47,309 bases of DNA from a virus. The position numbers were made by a program, and so were the translations under genes. The notes under the pieces are model-generated. The model saw only the letters and a list, made by a program, of their open reading frames with translations. It ran no database searches and was not told the DNA's origin. The stretch lies in IMG/VR virus record IMGVR_UViG_3300037467_000688; one strand, written 5' to 3'. This document shows, piece by piece, positions 39,261 to 47,309 of the stretch. Within the stretch, counting starts at the first letter, position 1, and every line of letters begins with the position of its first letter.

Positions 39261-41449
39261 AGAGCTCTCGAGAAGAACAACCCTTCCCACTGCGCCGACG
39301 TAATCGTGCTGTCGAAGGGGGTGTCGTTGATGAGCTCGATGCGGGCATCGGTCGACCGTCCGGCCACCGAGAAGGTGAACGGAGCGGAGAGATAGTGACG
39401 CTCTCCGATGGCCGCTGAGGGGGACCAGAGGGTCCGCGGAGAGAACTCCATGACGGACTTGAGGCCGGGCTCTAGGGCAGCCGCAGCGGCTCCGTAGGGG
39501 TACACCTCGGCGCGCAGATAGGCCGTGTCCACGAGGTTCACGGTGAACGAGTGGAGCTGGAGGCGGCCGAGCGTGAGCGGACGGTTCTGCCAATCGAGCG
39601 GGAATTGCTCGGAGAGGACGACCTTGGAGGTGTAGTTCTGGCCGGCCGTGACGTGGCCCGTCTCGTTGCCGGGGACGGAGACCGCCGTGCCGGAGAAGAC
39701 GTAGCCAGTGACGTCGATGATCGACTCCGGCGTTGCCGTGTCATTGCCGCGGACGAGCCGGAAGGTATCCTGCGTCGGCGCGTAGCCGAGGCTGAACGTA
39801 GTCCGATCCGTGCCACTGTTATAGCTACCCATCACACTGACCTGACGGTCCAGATAGATGGGGTTGTCCTGGTTGGCGCTGAAGGCCTCCGGGGAGAGGT
39901 CGATGCGCTCGAGGAAGGTCCCGTCGGGGCGCTTCATCACGAGCATCAGGTTGCCGCTCTCGTAGGCGCCGGTGATGGGCTCGGCATCGCCGAAGTCCCA
40001 GATGCGCCAGGCCGACAGAAGCTTCTTGTCTCCATCCCAAAAGAACTGATACACGTAGGCCGTGCGGCGCTGCTCGGTGGCGGCGGCATTACCGACCAGG
40101 ATCACCAAGGCGTCCAAGTCTGGCAGCGGAATGATCCGTGAGGCGCCCTTAGGGATCAAATGGGGCACGTGGGCGGTAATGTCCGCCGCTTCGAGCGGAT
40201 CGTTCCCTGCGAGGCGCGTGTATTCCTGGACAGCCGCGAAGCCACGTGCCTCCGAAAGGAAGTGCGCCTGCTCGCCGATAGCAGCCGGGCGGACGCCCGT
40301 CGCCATGACGTAGCTTGTCACCGGCTGGATCGCGATGCTGTGGGCGCTGAGACCGCTGTCGCCGTTGGTGAGCGACATTTGCTTCTGGCGCGAGAACAGC
40401 ATCACGCCGTCCGCGAAGGGAAGTGCGTAGTCGATGATGGCGACATCGGTGCTGGCCGCGGAGGCCGCGAGCCCGTCGCTGTCGATGTAGTCGAGGACGG
40501 TGCGCCGCCAGAAGTCGCCGAGGTCGCCGGCGGCCGAGAAGACGACACCGTCGTCCACCGCCAGCCCGAGCCGGTTCTGGTAGAAGAAAATGTCGCGGAT
40601 CGTCCGGCCAGCGAAGGGCGGCTTGGGGTTGGTCTCGTCGTCCCCGACGCGGCGCGGCTTCCAGGAGAACGGCGCGAACGTGAACGTCCCGTCGCTCTGG
40701 CGAACCAGCGCCCACGGCATCGTCAGCTCGTCAAGCGCGTTCTGGAGCCCCGGCGCTACGGTCTCGTTCCAGACCTGGCCGTCGCCCATCACATAGTAGG
40801 AGACGAAGGCGGTGTCGTTCTGGCCGAGAACCTTATAGACGCAGCCCGAGCACACCGTTGTCGGGAGCTTATCCATCCCCGTGACGGTGCCGGTGAGGCC
40901 GCCGCCATAGACCGGGTTGGCGTGATACTGGTGCGCCTGCCCGGCGAGGATGATGTCGGTGGGCGAGGTCGTGTGGTAGGTCGGGCTCGACCCGCCAAGC
41001 CAGAGGTTGTTGGCGTTCTGGGCCGTCTGATCGGCGCCGACTGCCTTGAAGGCGACAATCTTCTGCGTGTTGACGATCAGCGTGTAGTCAGCGACCGAGA
41101 CCGCGCGGTAGACGTCGGCGGCCTGATCGAGGTAGCCCCATCCGCGGGGCGCGTTGACGGTCTTCTCGAGGCCGGTGGCTTCGTCGAAGACACGGATGGA
41201 CCCAGACATGATGAGCACGAGGTAGCGCTCATCGACGTCGCGGTTGATGTGGTGAACGGAGTACGTCCCCGGCGCCGGCATGGACGCCAACGGGAGAACC
41301 GTCTGGGTCGGAGGACGCCGGCCGAGGCCTTCGGCCACGCGCGACCAGGTGTTGAGTTCGTCCTCAGTCTGATCCGAGGAGCGGAGGATCGCCGGCTGCT
41401 GGCTTATGCCATTCATCAGCGACGGGATGGTGCGCGTCGTGAGCGCCAA
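39257..41449 (-). CDS. Tail tubular protein B, T7 gp12-like
   Basis: N-terminus (TTG)ALTTRTIPSLMNGISQQPAILRSSDQ parallels T7 MALISQSIKNLKGGISQQPDILRYPDQ; 730 aa. Confidence 0.92.
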   Translation of the reverse strand: MALTTRTIPSLMNGISQQPAILRSSDQTEDELNTWSRVAEGLGRRPPTQTVLPLASMPAPGTYSVHHINRDVDERYLVLIMSGSIRVFDEATGLEKTVNAPRGWGYLDQAADVYRAVSVADYTLIVNTQKIVAFKAVGADQTAQNANNLWLGGSSPTYHTTSPTDIILAGQAHQYHANPVYGGGLTGTVTGMDKLPTTVCSGCVYKVLGQNDTAFVSYYVMGDGQVWNETVAPGLQNALDELTMPWALVRQSDGTFTFAPFSWKPRRVGDDETNPKPPFAGRTIRDIFFYQNRLGLAVDDGVVFSAAGDLGDFWRRTVLDYIDSDGLAASAASTDVAIIDYALPFADGVMLFSRQKQMSLTNGDSGLSAHSIAIQPVTSYVMATGVRPAAIGEQAHFLSEARGFAAVQEYTRLAGNDPLEAADITAHVPHLIPKGASRIIPLPDLDALVILVGNAAATEQRRTAYVYQFFWDGDKKLLSAWRIWDFGDAEPITGAYESGNLMLVMKRPDGTFLERIDLSPEAFSANQDNPIYLDRQVSVMGSYNSGTDRTTFSLGYAPTQDTFRLVRGNDTATPESIIDVTGYVFSGTAVSVPGNETGHVTAGQNYTSKVVLSEQFPLDWQNRPLTLGRLQLHSFTVNLVDTAYLRAEVYPYGAAAAALEPGLKSVMEFSPRTLWSPSAAIGERHYLSAPFTFSVAGRSTDARIELINDTPFDSTITSAQWEGLFFSRAL

Positions 41450-41463
41450 GGCGATCTCCTAGA

Positions 41464-42084
41464 TTAAAGTGCGCGGCGGCCGACCCACTTCTGGAGGGTG
41501 GCGCTGCGGCGGAAACTGTTGGTGTCGCGGGAGCGGCGCTCGTACCGCTGGAGCAAGAAGAAGGCGCGCTCCTCATCCTCGGCATCGAACTTGTCGAGGA
41601 TCGTTGAGCTGACCTTCTGGGCCTGGAAGCGGCGCGCTGCGGCCGTCGCGATGTAGGTCCGAGCGGCCTGCGGAAGGTCGTTGAACGCGAACCCCCAGAT
41701 GATATCGACAGAGAGAGGGCTGTCAGCCGAGTAGGTCTCGCTGAAGTCGAACGTGTGGTTGTCCGCGTCGTAGAGCGCGAGGGCGTCCTTCTCGGGATGC
41801 CGGCGCACGGTCAGGTTCGCCGTGGCGTCCGAAGCGTCGATGTCCAGGGTGCCGGTGGGGAGGAGGATCGCTCCGTCCGCGTCCGGGGTGAGCTCGTAGC
41901 CGTAGTCCGTGTTCCAGGAATAGCCGACCGTCTCGACGTCCCGGAGGGTCTCGGTGAGGTGGCGTTTCGCATCGGCAACGTCGCCGACGCCGGCAATCTC
42001 AAGGGTGTTCACTGGAGCCTGGCCGAGGGTGCCGAGCATACGGTTCACGGCCTCGAGGTCCGTCATGGGGGCGAGGAGGGACAA
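41464..42084 (-). CDS. Tail tubular protein A, T7 gp11-like
   Basis: DLEAVNRMLGTLGQAPVNTLE parallels T7 [20 protein letters not shown]; TTG start 8 nt after AGGAG (alternative ATG at 42066 has no SD). Confidence 0.88.
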   Translation of the reverse strand: MSLLAPMTDLEAVNRMLGTLGQAPVNTLEIAGVGDVADAKRHLTETLRDVETVGYSWNTDYGYELTPDADGAILLPTGTLDIDASDATANLTVRRHPEKDALALYDADNHTFDFSETYSADSPLSVDIIWGFAFNDLPQAARTYIATAAARRFQAQKVSSTILDKFDAEDEERAFFLLQRYERRSRDTNSFRRSATLQKWVGRRAL

Positions 42085-42105
42085 TGCAAGGGCTCCTGAG
42101 GGGCC

Positions 42106-42137
42106 AAAAAAGGGACCGAGCCGGGTGGCCCGGCCCC
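42106..42137 (-). terminator. Intrinsic terminator after the capsid module (T7 Tphi position)
   Basis: Minus-strand RNA GGGGCCGGGCC-ACCC-GGCUCGGUCCC (11 bp, two G-U pairs) followed by UUUUUU. Confidence 0.7.
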
Positions 42138-42152
42138 TTCAGAGGACAGTTG

Positions 42153-42566
42153 TTAGCTGCGCGGTGCGACGTAAATGTCGACCGTGACGGTCGCGCCGGC
42201 GGTGATGTTCGCACCGCCAACGGCGAGCTCGATCACTTCGCCGCCGCTCAGGTCCATCGGGATGTCGATGTCTGAGTCGGAGTCGACCTTGCTGGCCGCG
42301 GCGGCGGTCGTCGCGCCGGTGATGCCCGTGCGCGTTCCGCTCACGTTGACCTGAGCGGTCAGCGTAGCGCCAGCACCGAGGGTCGCGGCCTGACGAACCG
42401 AGACGCGGTGAAGGCGGCTCTTGAGGCCCGGCGGGAAGCCGAAGACCTCAATGTTGTCGCCGTTGGCCGCAATGCCGTTCGTCAGCGCCAGCACCTTTTG
42501 GATGTGCTGGATGCCATGATTGATCATGGGGATTTTGTCGCTACGCAGGGAGGCTACCTGTGCCAT
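42153..42566 (-). CDS. Hypothetical capsid-associated protein, 137 aa
   Basis: AAGGAAGGAA RBS, 16 nt after the capsid stop and upstream of the terminator; beta-rich Gly/Ala/Thr composition. Confidence 0.5.
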   Translation of the reverse strand: MAQVASLRSDKIPMINHGIQHIQKVLALTNGIAANGDNIEVFGFPPGLKSRLHRVSVRQAATLGAGATLTAQVNVSGTRTGITGATTAAAASKVDSDSDIDIPMDLSGGEVIELAVGGANITAGATVTVDIYVAPRS

Positions 42567-42582
42567 TTAGCTGGTTCCTTCC

Positions 42583-43533
42583 TTAAGCGATCTTGAGTTC
42601 GACAGCGGTCTTCGACCGCAGCGGACGGATGCCGACCATGCGGCGAGCGATCAGAAGGACGCCCTGCTTCTCGGGCTGGTCGACCATCTGGAAGCCGAGG
42701 TCCTGGACCACGGCGGTTGCGGCCGCATACGGCGTGTAGACGGCACCACGGGTGTTCGTCATGTCGATGCGGTAGAGCGACGGGATCGCGGCGTTGGCCG
42801 AGTCGTTCGCGCCGAACACGGAGTTCAGGTTGTTCGACTTGATGACCTCGACATCGTCGACAGTCGTCAGCGAGTATTTCCGGATGTCGGAAGCGCCGCC
42901 GTTGAAGTCGCGATTGAGGTTCTTGTCGCTGCGAGCGAGAAGATACCACTGCGCCGTCGGGAGGATCGCGCGCACCGGGTGCGAGTTCACCGGAACCTTC
43001 TTGCCGTCCATCGTCTCTTTCGCCTGGCTGATGCCGTCGAAGAGCGTGGTGGCCGTGGTTGCGAACGCCGCATTGGTGAGCGCCGAACCACCGCTGTCGT
43101 TGACGAAGAGCGCGCCTTGGCGGCTCGACTTGACGATCATGCGGGCAGTGTTGGCGTCGTAGTGCTCGGCGAGCGCCCGACCCATCGCCTCGGTGTAAGG
43201 CGAGCGGACGTCGAGGTCGAACAGAGCCTCGTCAACGTCGGACACGAAGACCGAGCTGATGAGCTTGTCGTCCGGCGCGACCGTGACGTCCTGCGACGCA
43301 ATCTGGCCGCCGGTGATCTCGACACCGGGGGTGTGGTACTGGACATCCGCGTTCCAGAACGCCGCAAACTTGGCGTCCTTAGCGCCCTTGAGGCTCTGGC
43401 TGAGGATCGTTCCAGCGACCTTCAGCTCAGCCGCATAGGCGGTGAGCACTTCCGAGCCGCGGGTGCTCAGGAAGAGTTCGAGAGCGTCCGAGCCGCCTTC
43501 GCGGAGACCTGGACGTGAGGGATTGGAGTTCAC
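42583..43533 (-). CDS. Major capsid protein, T7 gp10-like
   Basis: 316 aa between scaffold and terminator; ALELFLSTRGSEVLTAYAAE...GAKDAKFAAFWNADVQYHTPGVEI...DVRSPYTEAMGRALAEHYD; GTG start required. Confidence 0.88.
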   Translation of the reverse strand: MNSNPSRPGLREGGSDALELFLSTRGSEVLTAYAAELKVAGTILSQSLKGAKDAKFAAFWNADVQYHTPGVEITGGQIASQDVTVAPDDKLISSVFVSDVDEALFDLDVRSPYTEAMGRALAEHYDANTARMIVKSSRQGALFVNDSGGSALTNAAFATTATTLFDGISQAKETMDGKKVPVNSHPVRAILPTAQWYLLARSDKNLNRDFNGGASDIRKYSLTTVDDVEVIKSNNLNSVFGANDSANAAIPSLYRIDMTNTRGAVYTPYAAATAVVQDLGFQMVDQPEKQGVLLIARRMVGIRPLRSKTAVELKIA

Positions 43534-43769
43534 TTAAACTTCTTTCGTTGAGGTGTGGACTTCTGGTGGTCCGCTTCCTCAAGGCCCGTGCTGGTCGAGG
43601 ATCGGCCCCTCAGGGCTCGTCTCGGGCGGTCGGGTTGTCTTTTGGTCGTCGGTAATAACTGCCCGTCGTTGGCTATCGGTGACGGGGCCGAGGCCGGCGC
43701 ATTGTCCCCGGCGTCGCGCGAACGGCGGGGGTTTCGGGGGAGCGCCGCGCGGTGCCGCCCCGGAAAGGA

Positions 43770-44648
43770 TTACTTCTTCTTGAGACTGCCGGCCTTGATC
43801 GACCGCTCCATCTTGGCGACGGCCGCTTTGCGCGCAAGCGGGTCGCGGGCCGTGTCGGCCTTCGCGAGGTCGCGGTCGAACTCGAGACGGTCGCTGTAGA
43901 CGTCGCCTCGGTTGGTCCCGGAGGTGACGTTCGTGAGCCGGCCTTCGCCGGGCTCAGCGCCGCGATAGTCCTTGAAGAGCGCCGTCACGGCCAGCCCGAC
44001 GGTTTCGACATCGCCGGACTGCGCGTTGAACGCTTCGATCTTCTTGGGTGACCAGTTCTTGGCCGCCCATTCGACGGCCTTCTGGACCTCCGCATAGTCC
44101 TCCACGCCGGCCGCCTTCATGGCCGCCGACTTGAGGCCCTCCTCGTAGGCTTTCACGCCCGCGAGGTAGAGGTCGATATGTTCGTTGCTGATGCCGGCCT
44201 CGAGGAGAGGCGCACGGACTTCCGCAGACAGCTCGCCGGTTTCGGCGTAGGCCGTCTGGGCGGCCGTCATGGCGTCCGCGAGGGAGGCTTCAGAGGTTTC
44301 CTCTGAGGACTCTTCCTCTTCAGAAGTCTCCTCGGTGGTTTCCTCTGTCGACTCTTCCGTCGACTCCTCGGTCACCTCTTCGGAGGTTTCTTCGGACTCT
44401 TCGGTAGCGGCCTCAGTCTCTTCCTTCGGAGCCGAGAACTTGGCCTCGAGCTCCGCGTAGGACTTCGCCATTTCGGCGAGCCTCACCTCACCCTTGTCGG
44501 CATCCCAGAATTTCTCAGGGATACCTTCAGGGGCCGGCTTGGGCTCGATGGAGGGACGCATGGGGTCCGGAGCGGACGCCTCGACGGTGAAGGAGGCGGT
44601 GCCGGCGAGGTTCTCAGTGACCTCGCCTGTGGCGTTCTCTTCCGCCAT
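43770..44648 (-). CDS. Scaffolding protein, gp9-position
   Basis: 292 aa, strongly acidic with a low-complexity EETEAATEESEETSEEVTEESTEESTEETTEETSEEEESSEETSE block; lies between portal and capsid. Confidence 0.7.
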   Translation of the reverse strand: MAEENATGEVTENLAGTASFTVEASAPDPMRPSIEPKPAPEGIPEKFWDADKGEVRLAEMAKSYAELEAKFSAPKEETEAATEESEETSEEVTEESTEESTEETTEETSEEEESSEETSEASLADAMTAAQTAYAETGELSAEVRAPLLEAGISNEHIDLYLAGVKAYEEGLKSAAMKAAGVEDYAEVQKAVEWAAKNWSPKKIEAFNAQSGDVETVGLAVTALFKDYRGAEPGEGRLTNVTSGTNRGDVYSDRLEFDRDLAKADTARDPLARKAAVAKMERSIKAGSLKKK

Positions 44649-44989
44649 TACTCAGCCTCCCCGGCTGCGGCCTTGTCCTTCGGCCAGCCACCGAGAGGGG
44701 CGCCGTAGGTGGTCAGGAGCGAGCCGCCTTCGAGCGAGACCTCTTCGGCCTCATACTCGGTCACGCGGTCGACCTCGGGGTTCAACGTCCGGTCTTCATA
44801 GACCGTGTTGGTTTCCCGGATGGTGCCACCGGCGAGTTCTTCGCGCTGCGGAGCGGGTGCTTCCTGGGCCGCGACGATCTCAGCGAGCTCGTCAGGGGGG
44901 ATGTCTGTGATCTCCGCCGGAGTCTCAGGCTCAGATGCGGAATTTTTGCTACCCATCAGGGCACTTAGAATGTTCTTACTGGCTGCCAT
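44648..44989 (-). CDS. Hypothetical acidic protein, 113 aa
   Basis: ATG inside the portal 3' end; TAATG junction with the scaffold gene. Confidence 0.5.
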   Translation of the reverse strand: MAASKNILSALMGSKNSASEPETPAEITDIPPDELAEIVAAQEAPAPQREELAGGTIRETNTVYEDRTLNPEVDRVTEYEAEEVSLEGGSLLTTYGAPLGGWPKDKAAAGEAE

Positions 44990-46556
44990 TCATACCTTCT
45001 GCGATGCGGGCGGCCGCCTCAGGGTCCTTTGCCAGGTCCATTGCGCCTTTGGCGACTTGAGGGGCGACTGCCGCGGTGGTCTGCTGTTGAGCTGCTGCTT
45101 GCTGTTCGGCTTGCTGTTGGGCGGCCGACTTGAGGAGCCCTTGGACATCCATGATGCCCTGAGAGGTCCCGGTGCGGAGCGCGAGCTCCTGGCCGTCGAC
45201 GTTGGCGGACATCCAATTCTCACCGAAGAGCTCGAGGAGGGACTTGGCCCATTCCATGATGGCGACCGCTTCGTGCGTCTCGCCGAGCGCGGCGAACCCC
45301 GTGACCACCTGGACGGTGACCGTCTTGGGGAGCTTGGGCGCCTTGCCCTGCTTCGCCAGGATGTAGAGGATGCGGCGCGCGTAGGGCGCCTGAGCCTCCG
45401 ACGAGAGGACCGTGTAGGTCCCTCCGAAAGAGTCCTCGAGTTCCTGGGCGACCGCCCTGATCTCTTCGGCCGTGACGCGCTCGGCGTCGCGGATGGTGTT
45501 CGCGGTTAGGAGGAACGCCTGCGAGAGGCGCCGCTCAATGCTCTGGAGCACGTTCCAAAGGACTTGGAAGTCCGCGCCCTTCTCGAGCTGGAGCGTGTTG
45601 ATCTTGTCGATGAAGCCGGTGAGGGCGTCGCCGGTCTCGGCCTGGGCCAGCTCCTCCACGTCGATCCCGGAGTTCGGGTCGATGATGCGGATGATGCGGG
45701 CGGCCTCAGCGGCGAACTGGAGGATCGCTTTCCAGCCGTCCTCGAGCGAGAGGAAGTCGCCGGCGTACTCGGCGATCATCGACCGCCCGTAGTCAGAGCC
45801 GGGAACCGCCTGCCAACGGAGGGCCTGCCAGCCCGCCACGTCGGCCTTGGCCTGACCGCGGGAGCCGGGGACCTCAACGTCGTTGAGCTCCTGGTAGTGG
45901 ATGATGTTGTCCCCCTCGCGGAGGATCATCGTGTAGAGCTTGACCTTGTCCTCGCTCTTGTCGGCCGGGTGGCCGGGCTCGGCGCTCTGATCGACTGCGA
46001 TGTTCGCGGCGGCGAGTGTCGCCTCGTCGAGCTCGGAGGGGTAGACCTCCTCCTCGATCACCGCCTCGAGCAGCTTGCCCTGGGCGTCACGGCGGACCAC
46101 ATACTGATCCAGCCGCCACATCCGGAGGACGCTGCCGTCGTCGGGGTGGTAGACGAGGGTGTTGCCGGCCACGATCAGGTGACGGAAGACCTCCATCCAG
46201 AGCGGCCGCGAGCCAGAGGCCTCGACCAGGGCCATCGCCAAATGGCTGATGCCGGCGAGGGCTTCCTGAGCCGGGCCTAGCTTCGTACCCATCGCTTCGG
46301 CCGTCTTCGGGTCGATCTCTGGGCGGAAGAAGGGGCGCTGCGGCGGGAACAGCGAGAGGAGCAGCTTGGCCGCCACGTTGTTCACGCCGCGGGCTCCGAG
46401 GGAGCTGTAGGGCTGCGTGGCGACGTCGTGCGGATCAGACGCCCCTTGCTCGGGGATCAGGCCGGGGATGGTGAGCTTGGACGCGGTGCGGGCTTGTTCG
46501 AGGACGGTGTTGCGAGAGCGCTGCAAGAGTGCGTAGCGCGAAGCTGCGGTCGCCAT
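44976..46556 (-). CDS. Portal (head-tail connector), T7 gp8-like
   Basis: 526 aa, first large late gene; LSLFPPQRPFFRPEI and general gp8 layout; Gln/Ala-rich C-terminus. Confidence 0.88.
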   Translation of the reverse strand: MATAASRYALLQRSRNTVLEQARTASKLTIPGLIPEQGASDPHDVATQPYSSLGARGVNNVAAKLLLSLFPPQRPFFRPEIDPKTAEAMGTKLGPAQEALAGISHLAMALVEASGSRPLWMEVFRHLIVAGNTLVYHPDDGSVLRMWRLDQYVVRRDAQGKLLEAVIEEEVYPSELDEATLAAANIAVDQSAEPGHPADKSEDKVKLYTMILREGDNIIHYQELNDVEVPGSRGQAKADVAGWQALRWQAVPGSDYGRSMIAEYAGDFLSLEDGWKAILQFAAEAARIIRIIDPNSGIDVEELAQAETGDALTGFIDKINTLQLEKGADFQVLWNVLQSIERRLSQAFLLTANTIRDAERVTAEEIRAVAQELEDSFGGTYTVLSSEAQAPYARRILYILAKQGKAPKLPKTVTVQVVTGFAALGETHEAVAIMEWAKSLLELFGENWMSANVDGQELALRTGTSQGIMDVQGLLKSAAQQQAEQQAAAQQQTTAAVAPQVAKGAMDLAKDPEAAARIAEGMNGSQ

Positions 46557-46557
46557 C

Positions 46558-46872
46558 TTAGAACCTGTTCATGCGGAAGTCTCGGCTGCCGCCGCCACCT
46601 CCGCCGCCACCACTGGAGGTGCCGGAGGAAGAGGTAGCGGTGCTTGAGCCGCCGCTTGACGTCCCGCTCGAGTTGCCGCTGGACCCACCGCTGGATGCGG
46701 GAGGGATCGTGAGGGGGTTCACGAGGTCGATCCGGAAGGCGCTGGTGCCGGCGCGGGTGGCCGCGATGTTGCCGAGCAGCCCGTCGAGGATGGGGTTCCG
46801 GAGGACGGGGAGCGGCTTGTCTTGTTCCGCGGCTGATGGCGCCGGGATTTTCGGTTTACTTGCGACGCACAA
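46558..46872 (-). CDS. Small Gly/Ser-rich protein upstream of the portal, 104 aa
   Basis: TTG start after AGGAGA; SSGGSSGNSSGTSSGGSSTATSSSGTSSGGGGGGGGS low-complexity tail. Confidence 0.5.
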   Translation of the reverse strand: MCVASKPKIPAPSAAEQDKPLPVLRNPILDGLLGNIAATRAGTSAFRIDLVNPLTIPPASSGGSSGNSSGTSSGGSSTATSSSGTSSGGGGGGGGSRDFRMNRF

Positions 46873-46899
46873 TGCGTGGGTCTCCTGTGGGGACAGGGC

Positions 46900-47109
46900 T
46901 CAGCGCACAGGGCGGCCTTGTCCTCTGGGCCGCACGGGAGGCGGCGCCTGGCCGGCGCCATCGCGCCAGTTCTTCAGGAAGAGGATGACCGACCGTTGAC
47001 CGGCCGCGTGGAATATCTTGTCGGAGGAGTCGCCGGGCTGCGGGACGGGTTCGGGGAACCGCTCGTCGAGCTGCCGGATCAACTCCCCGATAGTGTCGGG
47101 GAAGCGCAA
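46900..47109 (-). CDS. Hypothetical protein, 69 aa, first late-operon ORF
   Basis: TTG start 5 nt after AGGAGA; RFPDTIGELIRQLDERFPEPVPQPGD... Confidence 0.45.
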   Translation of the reverse strand: MRFPDTIGELIRQLDERFPEPVPQPGDSSDKIFHAAGQRSVILFLKNWRDGAGQAPPPVRPRGQGRPVR

Positions 47110-47139
47110 TCTGGTCTCCTGGAAAGAAAGCCCCGGTCT

Positions 47140-47158
47140 CCACACAAGGGAAACCGAG
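47140..47158. repeat. 19-nt exact inverted repeat, arm B (partner 21549-21567)
   Basis: The minus strand here reads CTCGGTTTCCCTTGTGTGG, about 30 nt upstream of the TTG start at 47109. Confidence 0.9.
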
Positions 47159-47166
47159 GCTTCAAG

Positions 47167-47182
47167 TTTAGGCGTGCCAGTG
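47167..47182 (-). promoter_or_regulatory. GGCACGC motif, late variant (minus strand CACTGGCACGCCTAAA)
   Basis: In the roughly 146-nt gap between the exonuclease stop and the first late ORF. Confidence 0.35.
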
Positions 47183-47309
47183 CTCGGTACGTTCTAACGC
47201 ATACCTAGTAGGAACCGAGGTGGTCCCCAAAGGGGTGCGGCATAATGGCACATGGCTATTTGGGCGGGCTCCAAAGCCGCGGCGTGCGGCCGTCCCACTC
47301 CTCGTAGCG
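47183..47309. repeat. Window-end overlap copy 2 (identical to 1-127)
   Basis: See copy 1; includes a duplicate of the exonuclease 3' end (47256-47309) that is not a separate gene. Confidence 0.95.

Larger units (their letters stand above)
1..47182 (-). mobile_element. Complete genome of a T7-supergroup podophage with a lysogeny module (one unit length of a circularly closed contig)
   Basis: T7 gene order (RNAP, SSB, endonuclease, lysozyme, primase-helicase, DNAP, exonuclease, portal, scaffold, capsid, tail tube A/B, internal proteins, fibre, terminase) all on one strand; 127-nt end overlap closes the circle. Confidence 0.9.

Noticed and set aside
47256-47309. An apparent truncated second copy of the exonuclease 3' end at the window end, considered as a pseudogene.
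   Set aside because: It is part of the 127-nt circular-closure overlap, not an independent locus.
1-47309. A search for tRNA, rRNA, CRISPR arrays, transposase/IS elements, and toxin-antitoxin or known defence gene signatures.
   Set aside because: I found no cloverleaf-compatible sequence with a T-loop consensus, no regularly spaced direct repeats of 25-40 nt, no transposase motifs, and no recognisable defence-system domains by eye. An Infernal, tRNAscan or HMM scan could still find something I missed.

Overview
The window is one complete, circularly closed, high-G+C genome of a T7-supergroup (Autographiviridae-like) podophage. Bases 1-127 are repeated at 47183-47309, giving a unit length of 47,182 bp. 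All of the roughly 75 credible genes lie on the minus strand. The long plus-strand ORFs in the track are antisense shadows of these genes.

Gene order, reading the minus strand from about 22.5 kb downward and wrapping through the window ends:
- A 1.2-kb ORF-free, repeat-dense leader (21400-22584).
- About 25 small early genes, including a thioredoxin-reductase-like flavoprotein.
- A MarR-like regulator plus a tyrosine integrase (14407-16127).
- A T7-type single-subunit RNA polymerase (11250-13694).
- A replication module: gp2.5-like SSB, RusA, HNH, GH24 lysozyme, wHTH protein, primase-helicase, MazG-like protein, mini-kinase-like protein, family-A DNA polymerase, a second HNH, and a 5'-3' exonuclease.
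- A holin/spanin cassette placed inside that replication module (1361-2369).
- The late module: portal, scaffold, capsid, a Tphi-like terminator, tail tube A and B, gp13-16-like internal virion proteins (the gp15-like one carries an M23 peptidase), and a T7-type tail fibre.
- gp17.5- and gp18-like ORFs, then a 4.9-kb five-gene carbohydrate-binding or -degrading insertion, then the large terminase.

No tRNA, rRNA or CRISPR array was seen.

Most interesting leads:
1. The five-gene insertion between the small and large terminase genes. It includes a 738-aa beta-helix/FN3 protein that starts with a cleavable-looking Sec signal peptide.
2. An oriented GGCACGC promoter-like motif family with early, middle and late subtypes.
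3. A TrxR-fold enzyme lacking the CxxC centre, embedded in a chain of translationally coupled Cys-containing mini-ORFs.
4. A 19-nt exact inverted repeat linking the ORF-free leader to the 5' leader of the late operon.
5. A lysogeny module (int plus a wHTH regulator) inside an otherwise T7-syntenic genome.

All functional calls come from motif reading and synteny by eye. No database search was possible.
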